A stretch of DNA of 45,605 nucleotides. Origin: an uncultured Chlamydiae bacterium. Its GTDB lineage: Bacteria; Chlamydiota; Chlamydiia; Chlamydiales; Parachlamydiaceae. The stretch is from NCBI GenBank assembly GCA_963830365.1, contig CAWHMU010000015.1, forward strand, positions 1 through 45,605. Direction: 5' to 3'. Each line of letters starts with the position of its first letter. Positions within the stretch are counted from its first letter, which is position 1. This document shows positions 1 through 8,093 of this stretch, piece by piece. Below the pieces are notes generated by a model. That model was not told the DNA's origin, made no database searches, and saw only the letters and a program-made list of their open reading frames with translations. Both the position numbers and the translations under genes were made by a program.

Positions 1-3000
1 GTTGCAGTGCGATTTCCGTCAGCATGCACAAAGGCACTGTCGGGCTGCCGTTTTCGGCAAAGCACCAGTGGTTTTGCGCAAGGTCATAAACGGCCGTGAC
101 TGTACTGCCGGCTTTCTCTACCTGTGGCGTAGCTTTGAGTGCTGAAATATAGCTCATGCAAAGATATGGCGGTCCTGGCAGGTGTAACGTCGGGATGACA
201 TCATCGTACATGGCAAAATTTGGCCCCATGGCCTTGGCAGCCCTGCCAAGACTGCAGTTGAGTATCGAGGTGTAATCTAAAGGCAGCGATCCGATGCTGG
301 CGGCAAGAGATGTAGTCGAATCCTCTTGAGGAACCGGAAGCGAAGTGATCGGCCAGTCGGGCATCAGCCTGATGCCGAGGCGTTCGCATAGGAAAGAGGG
401 GTGGCCATCCACGGTGCCCATTACATGTGCAAAAATCGTTGGGTAGGGATCCTGGATGATCTCATCGATATAGAGTTCATAGATCAACTCTTTGGAGGAG
501 GGGATGGCTTGTCCACGGCATTCAAAGGTATAGGGGGATTCTGGGACAATTTCAAATACCCAGCCGTCCTTATCAAGCGTCATGCCTAAGGCGTTCATGT
601 AGAAACCCATGATATCACCGCAGGCCTGGACCATCAGCGTGCCGGGCATGCAGGGGTCGTTTTTGAAGTGTCCTTGGTAAAACCACCTGCCGGGATGCAA
701 CTCCATCCTGGCCTTTAGATAGCCGCGCTTGGCGGGGCCGCCATTAGGATCAAAGAGGGTGACTTCATCGATCAGATGCTGCAGGCCGGCCGGACTGTGC
801 GGCGACCGTGTATGGGTGAGGGCGGTATCGAATTCCGGCCCGAAGCAAGACATCAAGGAGCCTGTCGAATAGGCTAACATGTCTTGTTTGGAAAAGGCGC
901 GCTTCGTTGTCATCTGTGGAAAGCTGGTTGAGGCTGTGTTCAAGGTGTATGCGGCAGTGGCAGGATTCCAGATGACACCATCGGATTCTTGAAGCTCCTG
1001 TTTTGTAAAGAATCCAGCCTGTCCGTTTCTAACGGAAACAGTGAGTTCACCATTCACATAGCAGTCGTAGTGGAAAAAGAACAGGCGCTTTCCGCCGAGA
1101 TTGGCATGGCTGTCCACATGGATATCGTATTTTAGCGTATCTCCCGGCCGTGGATGCCTGCCATAGAATGTCGAGGTGCAGCCGAGCAGGCGATAGGCGC
1201 GCAACCCCTGATTAAGGAAATCGATTCCCAGCCAGGAGATGAGTAGCAAATCGGCTTGTCCCGATTCGATGAGAATTCCGGCAGGGATCCTTCCCTGGCT
1301 TAGGAACCAGCGATCTTTTGTCACATCCGATTCGGTCCAGATGGTCCCGGTCTGCATGCTGCCGGCGTCGCCCGCGAAATCAGTGACCCTGTCGGCCAAG
1401 AGCAGGGGTGGTTCCGGCATTCTCACCTGGATTTCGAAGTGGTCCTGCTTTTCAAATAGCTGGCCCAGCACGGAAGAAATTTTGCCGGAGGCCAGCACTT
1501 CCAGCTGTTCTCTTGATAAGGCATAAAGTGATGAAGGTGCTGCGCTGGACATCGGTGGTACAGATGAGTGATTCAGCAATCCATGTGTATAGGCTTCAGC
1601 AGGTTGTGGCGGGTTCTGTAAAGAGATATATTCAGCTTGTGCTTCCATTTGCGCTTCAAGCTGTTCAGATCCTGTTGAGGGGGCTAACAGTAATTGCTGC
1701 ATTTGCTGCATCAAATGATCATAGTCTTTTTTGCCGGCTTGTTGTGAGGCTATATAATGCCGATGGGCTTCAGTAAGATAATGAATTTGCCTTTCGACCA
1801 GGTAACTCTTGGTCTGGCTTTTTGAAACTATCATGCGTTGTAGTGGCCTTTCTATGGATTCAATCGGAAGCTGAGATGCAAAGCTGTGCGCTTCAACCAT
1901 GTCTTGTGCGTCGACATGGCGATGTGATGCAGGCGGATCATTTTGCTCACATGCGGCAGCGGCTACTTCTATGGAAGGCAAAGCTTTAAGCGTTTTATGC
2001 CATGGGTAGGTAAATCTCAGTTCAGCACTGTCATTAGCCACTAATTCCTTAGAAGAGGAGGTTTGTGGCAGTTTAAATGGAGTAAGGTCGATAGACACCC
2101 CGGCACACCACAGCTCAGCTGCCGCCATGGCTGCCTGATCGGCAGATGATACTAAGGCCTTGTCCAACGGTATGGCTAAATGCGGCTTGTCTGCCAGAAT
2201 CTCTGCAATAGCATTGCATAAGATATTGCGCGGCCCATGTTCCACAAAAATTCTCACACCATCATGCCAGGCTTTTTGGATGAGTTTTGGAAAATCAATG
2301 GTATGCATCGCCTGGCCAGTAATGGCTTCGGCTACATTTTCAGTGGTCGGCTCATAGGTGCCGCCGAAATAGCTTGAATAGATTTTTACATTGGTCGGGC
2401 GGCACGGGCGCGTATGCAGCTTCTGCCATAGATTTTTGCCGAGGTTAGCCGGAGGACAATGCAGGATGGCATTATAGCCGGACAGTCTGCAGTGGTCCTC
2501 GCCGATTTCAGCGACGATCCGTCGACAGGCCTCTCCATCCCCCATGATGGTCGTTTCCTTGGGAGAGACGATGTAGGCTAAATAGGCGTGAGGTTCATTC
2601 TGTAGAAGTTTCTCTACCTGTGCGACAGGAGCAGAGATGATCCAGGTTTCCCAATTGGCATCATCTGTTTTAAAGAACTCTTTGGCGGCTTGGAATTCTC
2701 CGGCCAGTATCTTTGAAAACATGGGGCTGTGTTCGAAGTTGGCATAAAATTGATCTAAATCATTCCAAATTCCCATGGCGAATTGGGCGTGTGTTTCGCC
2801 GCTGCAAAAGCCGATGGCAGCGTGGGGCTTTAACTTGAGATGTGCAAGACTCAAGGTTGAGTGCATAAGCGACAGGTAGGCGGATCCCAAAGTCAGATAG
2901 GTAGGCAATGAAAATTTAGGACTGGCGCTATGATAAACCCATCGCATGCTTTCAATATCATCGACATCATATGCTGTCATAAGCTCGGGGATGGCATGTA

Positions 3001-5713
3001 AGAGCTCTCTTCCCAACCCCACATAAGTGCTGGCCCCGCCGGTAAAGACAAAGGCCATATCCCCTTTGACGGGCTCTTTCCGGAAGACTATCTGTTTGCT
3101 CAGCCACCCCTCTTTGGTGGATGCATTAAGCATTTCCCATGCTTTATGTCGAACGAGATCGCCCTCGGCGGCGGATTTGGCAATGCAAGCCAGCCGGTAG
3201 TTTTCATCATCGGCTACACTTTGGAGGCCATGTTTGAGATTAGCTTTAAGCTGATCGAGAGTTTTGCCAGAAAAAGTCTGAATGATGGGTTTCTTAATGT
3301 AAGAGATCGATTTTGCGGTACGCGGTGTTTTGACAATCCAATGTTGCGCAGAAGCGCCAACAGCGTGGTTTGTCACGCCGATGGTGCAGCTATCCCCTTT
3401 GGGAAGTAAGGGCTCTCCACGCCCTTTAGGGGAACCGCGAAACCAGCGCGACTGCACCATCGTGCAGGCTGCTGCCAGGTGTAGCAAGCCAGAGGCTGCA
3501 TGGGGATCGCCGAAAATCCCTTCAATAGGCGATTCATCTTTTTTATTGCTGATATTATAGCTGGAGTCTGTTTCACCTTTTTCGAGCAGGGCCATGATAT
3601 GATCGCCGGCTTTTTCAGCGTCTGCTAAGCGTTTAATGACGAAAGCCACTGCCGCATCGCCTCTTTCACTTTCATAGATAGCGGGTAAAAGCCTGGCCAT
3701 TTCCTCTGTAAAGGGATTACAGCCAAGATCCACCGCCCCCACTAGGGCGTTATCGATTTCATGGTTCGTTAATGCCATGCAGGCTAGCTGTAAGGCTCTG
3801 TCACCAGAAAGTTCCTGCCCCATGACCGTGATGCCAGGACTAGTGCAGTTGAGCTTTTTATTCAAGCGATTTGCTACCTGATTCATCATATAACCGACCA
3901 CATGAGAGGATGTGATCGATGGCAGGTAGTCCTTTAATTTCATGTCAAACTCTGCAGCGCTGGCATGAGAGTGCGCATTTTTAAGCATATCAGGCAGGCG
4001 CAGGCTGAGATAAAAATAAGCCTCTTTAATTAATGTATCCGCCCCGACGTAAATTCCCAAACGGTCATGATTAAGAGGTGTTAGCTGATGGATGGCATCT
4101 AAGGCGACTTTATAGAAAAGCAGATGTTCGGCGGCTGTCTGGTTGTTTTCTGAGGGGGGGCCGGGCAGTTGGCTTGTTAAAAAGCAAGTCTTCGCGTTGT
4201 GCTCTGTGGTAAGATTTCTTTTCTCATTAGGCAGCTGCCATTGCCTGGCAAATTCGTCCAAAGTGGCGCTGCTTTGTGTTTGTACTGCTAACGCGACAAT
4301 GGCAAAGACTGGATTTTTTGGTTTAACTTTTTTAGCGGATTTTGCAGGAGTTACTTTTTTTGTCTGCGTCGACAGCGATGATTCGTTCCATTCCTCAACA
4401 ATCATGCAGGCATTGTTTCCGCCGAAGCCGAAGTTGTTGATGCAGACGATACGCGGTGTGTCTTCACCCTTCCAGGCGCACGCATCTACAAGCACTTCAC
4501 AAGGCGAATTGGAAAGTTCTGCATTGAAGGGCGCCGCGTTAGGGGTGGGAGGGAGCATGTTATGTTTGAATGCTTGCAACACTTTGATTAAACCGGCAGC
4601 TCCCGCCGCCGTGATGAGATGGCCGAGATTGGCTTTGAGCGAACCTATCGGAATCTTTTTATCTTTGGGAAGAATTCTGGCAATGGCTCTCAATTCGGTG
4701 GCATCGCCCATAGCGACACCGGTGGCATGGCATTCGATATAGGAAACATCTGTGGCATCCACCGCGGCGCTGGTTAAGGCCTGCTGCATGGCACTCACCT
4801 GGCCATCTTCGGAAGGCACAAGCAGGCCCGTCGAGGCGCCATCATTGGAAAGGCCTATGCCTTTGATAACACCTAGAATGGTATTCCCATCGCGGATGGC
4901 GTCGGCCAGGCGTTTGAGTACCACTATGCCCGCCCCTTCGGCGGGGACAAGGCCATTCGCTCCTTTGTTGAAAGGGCGGCTTTCGCCAGTTGTGCTCATG
5001 GCCTTAAGGGCCGAAAAGCCTGTGCTGATGAAGAGGGGGTCGCTGCCACTAATGCCGCCGGCCAACATGAAGTCGACGTCTTTATTCTGCAGCATATCGC
5101 AGGCCGTTTTGATGGCATAAATACTGGAGGCACAGGCCGTTTCGATGCAAAATGAATCATTGCCATCCAGGCCAAATGCCTTGGCAATCAGCATCGCCGG
5201 GAAGCCTGTCATCATCAGATTTTCAGGACAGGCGACAGTCGAGGTAGAAGCAAGTTCAGGGAATAAGCGCTTGAAGAAGAAATTTTCATGGATGTTGATC
5301 AGCGCTCTTGTGGGATAACCAAGGTTTCCTAGAATAACCCCAGCACGCTTGCGCAGCGGAAATTGAGTCTGCCCGGCATCGGCCAGGGCTTGCTTAGCGG
5401 CATAGAGGGACCATTGGAACAAAGGATCAAGCTCCTTGACAAATTCCGGCTCTAGCTGATAGTCGTCCGGGTTGAAATGTCCAGCAAAGCCTTTGATGAA
5501 ACCTCCCCGAGCGGAATAAGTTTTGTTCTTTTCAAAATGCCCTCTTTCTTTTGTCACCACTCGGCTGAGATCCACCCGCCACTCTTCATCGGTCGGCTCG
5601 GATATAGCTGTGCGACCTTCAGCAATGTTATGCCAAAGCTGCTCCGGTGAGAAGGCTTCCGGCAGCACGCAGCCTTGTCCGATGATGGCGATAGGCTCAA
5701 ATTTACTTTTCAT
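1..5713 (-). CDS. pfaC: PfaBC/Pfa3-like PUFA synthase subunit (KS-CLF-AT-FabA-type DH domains), 3' end off window
   Basis: Absent from the ORF track, consistent with no stop before the window edge. ATG at 5713 overlaps the upstream TGA (ATGA). Hand translation gives MKSKFEPIAIIGQGCVLP, KS motifs ETACASS, ECHATG, KANLGHLITAAG and NNFGFGGNN, a CLF-like QELSGDRAL, an AT motif GFCSGE, and DH motifs ESGQADLLLISWLG and GHFKNDPCMPG. Frame spot-checked at 614-670, 1061-1072 and 2795-2812. Confidence 0.92.
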   Translation of the reverse strand, partial: MKSKFEPIAIIGQGCVLPEAFSPEQLWHNIAEGRTAISEPTDEEWRVDLSRVVTKERGHFEKNKTYSARGGFIKGFAGHFNPDDYQLEPEFVKELDPLFQWSLYAAKQALADAGQTQFPLRKRAGVILGNLGYPTRALINIHENFFFKRLFPELASTSTVACPENLMMTGFPAMLIAKAFGLDGNDSFCIETACASSIYAIKTACDMLQNKDVDFMLAGGISGSDPLFISTGFSALKAMSTTGESRPFNKGANGLVPAEGAGIVVLKRLADAIRDGNTILGVIKGIGLSNDGASTGLLVPSEDGQVSAMQQALTSAAVDATDVSYIECHATGVAMGDATELRAIARILPKDKKIPIGSLKANLGHLITAAGAAGLIKVLQAFKHNMLPPTPNAAPFNAELSNSPCEVLVDACAWKGEDTPRIVCINNFGFGGNNACMIVEEWNESSLSTQTKKVTPAKSAKKVKPKNPVFAIVALAVQTQSSATLDEFARQWQLPNEKRNLTTEHNAKTCFLTSQLPGPPSENNQTAAEHLLFYKVALDAIHQLTPLNHDRLGIYVGADTLIKEAYFYLSLRLPDMLKNAHSHASAAEFDMKLKDYLPSITSSHVVGYMMNQVANRLNKKLNCTSPGITVMGQELSGDRALQLACMALTNHEIDNALVGAVDLGCNPFTEEMARLLPAIYESERGDAAVAFVIKRLADAEKAGDHIMALLEKGETDSSYNISNKKDESPIEGIFGDPHAASGLLHLAAACTMVQSRWFRGSPKGRGEPLLPKGDSCTIGVTNHAVGASAQHWIVKTPRTAKSISYIKKPIIQTFSGKTLDQLKANLKHGLQSVADDENYRLACIAKSAAEGDLVRHKAWEMLNASTKEGWLSKQIVFRKEPVKGDMAFVFTGGASTYVGLGRELLHAIPELMTAYDVDDIESMRWVYHSASPKFSLPTYLTLGSAYLSLMHSTLSLAHLKLKPHAAIGFCSGETHAQFAMGIWNDLDQFYANFEHSPMFSKILAGEFQAAKEFFKTDDANWETWIISAPVAQVEKLLQNEPHAYLAYIVSPKETTIMGDGEACRRIVAEIGEDHCRLSGYNAILHCPPANLGKNLWQKLHTRPCRPTNVKIYSSYFGGTYEPTTENVAEAITGQAMHTIDFPKLIQKAWHDGVRIFVEHGPRNILCNAIAEILADKPHLAIPLDKALVSSADQAAMAAAELWCAGVSIDLTPFKLPQTSSSKELVANDSAELRFTYPWHKTLKALPSIEVAAAACEQNDPPASHRHVDAQDMVEAHSFASQLPIESIERPLQRMIVSKSQTKSYLVERQIHYLTEAHRHYIASQQAGKKDYDHLMQQMQQLLLAPSTGSEQLEAQMEAQAEYISLQNPPQPAEAYTHGLLNHSSVPPMSSAAPSSLYALSREQLEVLASGKISSVLGQLFEKQDHFEIQVRMPEPPLLLADRVTDFAGDAGSMQTGTIWTESDVTKDRWFLSQGRIPAGILIESGQADLLLISWLGIDFLNQGLRAYRLLGCTSTFYGRHPRPGDTLKYDIHVDSHANLGGKRLFFFHYDCYVNGELTVSVRNGQAGFFTKQELQESDGVIWNPATAAYTLNTASTSFPQMTTKRAFSKQDMLAYSTGSLMSCFGPEFDTALTHTRSPHSPAGLQHLIDEVTLFDPNGGPAKRGYLKARMELHPGRWFYQGHFKNDPCMPGTLMVQACGDIMGFYMNALGMTLDKDGWVFEIVPESPYTFECRGQAIPSSKELIYELYIDEIIQDPYPTIFAHVMGTVDGHPSFLCERLGIRLMPDWPITSLPVPQEDSTTSLAASIGSLPLDYTSILNCSLGRAAKAMGPNFAMYDDVIPTLHLPGPPYLCMSYISALKATPQVEKAGSTVTAVYDLAQNHWCFAENGSPTVPLCMLTEIALQ

Positions 5714-8055
5714 GAATTGATCTCGCTCAATGTGGCTTCAAGGATGTTTTCAGTGTTGAGTGTACTAGTATGGGTTGTAATGAAGTTGGCATTTATAAAT
5801 GATGTTAGAGCTTGCTGGTTTATATCTAGTAAATGCATATCGACTTTCATCTTGGTCGCAGTTAGTGATGAGATTTTAATCAAACATTTAACTGGTCGAC
5901 TCATTGGCAGGCGGTTATGCATTATTATTTCTTCAAAATGCATAGGCAGCATATATTGCCCTGTATTTTGCCAGTGGCATAACAAACTTAGCTGTGCTGT
6001 GGCATCAAGCTGCATAATTCGGGCGAGCCATGCATCGCGCGTATGACCTGGTGGAACATGTTTATTAAGAAGTGCTAAAGAGCCATGTTCGGAATATCCC
6101 TCGAGCTTTTCTAAAACTTGAAATGCCGGTCCATGGAATAATGATTTATCCACATAGGCTTCTTTAGCCTCGAAGGGATAGCTTTTAAGTTCCATCAGCG
6201 GAGAGATAGCTGGTGGCTGCCTCTCGCTGTCTTTGGGGGCGACTCCCACAGAGCACGAATATCGCTTAATCCCCTCTACATCTGTCATTGCAATGTCAAT
6301 CCATTGTTGGCTATCTTGCCCCTGTTGGACGGGGGAGGCCTCAAGGTAAAATAGATCGCCGCTAGTGTCAAAGTTGTGCAGTAGCAAGCCTTTTAAAATC
6401 CGCAAATTGTGGCAGCCGACAGTTTCATACCCTTGAGTTATGGCTTCGGCGAGGCCGCAGCTCCATACCAGTTGCAGCATCATCGGCACAACGGGAGTAT
6501 TTTGAATGCGGTGGTCATAGAGGAAAGGGTAGGTGGAGCGGTGGATCCATATGATGAAGCGTTTTTTTGCATCACCATTTTTCTTAAGCTGCAGGCTTTG
6601 CAGCGCATCGACCCAGCGGTTGATGGCATCGCCTAAGATGATGGAAACGCTGCGGCTCTTCTGCGCCAGCTCTTTAACAAAGGCCTCTCCTCCTTCCTGC
6701 AGCGGGATGGCTTTGATGCCCATCTTTTCAAAGTGTTGCTGCAAAGCGGTATCGGCCATGCCGCCGGCCCATGGACCCCACAGCAGGCTCTTCACGCGGC
6801 AGCTGTCGCTGCGCGTCCTTTGCTCTTCTTCACAGATCTGGTTGCAGATCTCATTGGCCATGGCGTAGTCGCATTGCCCGACATTGCCTACAAAAGCTGC
6901 AATTGAAGAAAAGCAGCACAAGACTTTTAGGGAGTCTTTCTGTGTGGCTTGCAAGAGGTTTTTAAGGCCCAGCACTTTGGTTTCGAAGACCGAGCGGAAT
7001 TGCTCCAGCGACTTGTCTTTGAGATATTTGTCAGCCAACACGCCGGCGGCGTGGATGACGCCGTCGATTTTCTTCCATTTTGTCCGGACTTTCTTAAGCG
7101 TCTCTTCGACGGCGTTTAACTGACGGATGTCGATAGGAAAATAGAGGACTTCGCTGCCGTTTTTTTCCAGCAGTTGGATGTTTTGACGGGCCTCTCTGCC
7201 ACCCAGAACACGGTCGGCCGCGATTTTAAGGTCTTTGGGGGTAAGCTTTATGGCATCGGCGACAGACTTTTTATATAACGCCTGCTTGATCTCGGTCTCG
7301 GTATGGCATTCTTTGGTTTCTGCCAGCTCGTCAGCCAGCGGCGTGCGCGCCAGGATGGCGATTTTAAGCGGCACCTTTTTGCTGAGTTCGATCAAACAGG
7401 TGGCAGTGACGCCCCTTGCGCCGCCGCTGACGACGATCACATCGCCTTTTGATAAAGGGAAGTCGCAGGCTTGGCCGGCGGTTTCTTCTTTGGCGCTGAC
7501 GCGCTGGCGCCGGCCTTTAGTGTCGATGGCAATTTGGGTGTCTAGTCCGCCGCATAGCAGCTCCAAATAGATAGCGTCGGCGCATTCTTCAGCTGTCGCC
7601 CGGCGGCAGTCGATATCGATGGCTTTGATGGTAGCTTCGGGCCATTCCAGGGCGGCTGTTTTGGCAAGGGCCGCCAGGCCGCCGGACCAGGCTCTATTTT
7701 CGGTGGGATTTTGCAAGCCGAAGGCGCCGCCGGTATCCTGGACAGAGACAAACAGGTTGCCAGGTTTTGACAAGGCGCTAGCGTGCGATGCGGCAAGGGA
7801 GAAGAAGCGCTCATTGAGCGCGATGTAGTTTGCTTCGGCATCCTGTTCCGTGTATTGAGAGCACCCCTCTAAAAATAGTATCAAAGAGGCATCGGCCGGC
7901 GGTGTGGCCGCCAGCTGCGCCGAAATGCCGGCGGCAGCCAGCTTTTCAACCAGGGCATGGGCGATACCGCGGTTGTCAGGGACGACATACAGCGTTTTGC
8001 CTGTAAACAGCTCGGCGAGGGCGATTCCCAAAGGGGGGGCTTCTTCCAATTCCAC
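5710..8055 (-). CDS. PfaA C-terminal half: ketoreductase (KR) plus PKS-type dehydratase; probably translated as the -1 frame continuation of 8094..11999
   Basis: KR motifs VSGGARGVT, HAAGVLADK and FSS...GQCDYAMAN; DH motifs YDHRIQNTPVVP and LFHGPAFQ. The frame stays open upstream of the GTG through 8103. Confidence 0.9.
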   Translation of the reverse strand: MELEEAPPLGIALAELFTGKTLYVVPDNRGIAHALVEKLAAAGISAQLAATPPADASLILFLEGCSQYTEQDAEANYIALNERFFSLAASHASALSKPGNLFVSVQDTGGAFGLQNPTENRAWSGGLAALAKTAALEWPEATIKAIDIDCRRATAEECADAIYLELLCGGLDTQIAIDTKGRRQRVSAKEETAGQACDFPLSKGDVIVVSGGARGVTATCLIELSKKVPLKIAILARTPLADELAETKECHTETEIKQALYKKSVADAIKLTPKDLKIAADRVLGGREARQNIQLLEKNGSEVLYFPIDIRQLNAVEETLKKVRTKWKKIDGVIHAAGVLADKYLKDKSLEQFRSVFETKVLGLKNLLQATQKDSLKVLCCFSSIAAFVGNVGQCDYAMANEICNQICEEEQRTRSDSCRVKSLLWGPWAGGMADTALQQHFEKMGIKAIPLQEGGEAFVKELAQKSRSVSIILGDAINRWVDALQSLQLKKNGDAKKRFIIWIHRSTYPFLYDHRIQNTPVVPMMLQLVWSCGLAEAITQGYETVGCHNLRILKGLLLHNFDTSGDLFYLEASPVQQGQDSQQWIDIAMTDVEGIKRYSCSVGVAPKDSERQPPAISPLMELKSYPFEAKEAYVDKSLFHGPAFQVLEKLEGYSEHGSLALLNKHVPPGHTRDAWLARIMQLDATAQLSLLCHWQNTGQYMLPMHFEEIIMHNRLPMSRPVKCLIKISSLTATKMKVDMHLLDINQQALTSFINANFITTHTSTLNTENILEATLSEINS

Positions 8056-8093
8056 GCAGTAGCGATGCAGGTTGAAGGCCTCCCTTTGGCCGG

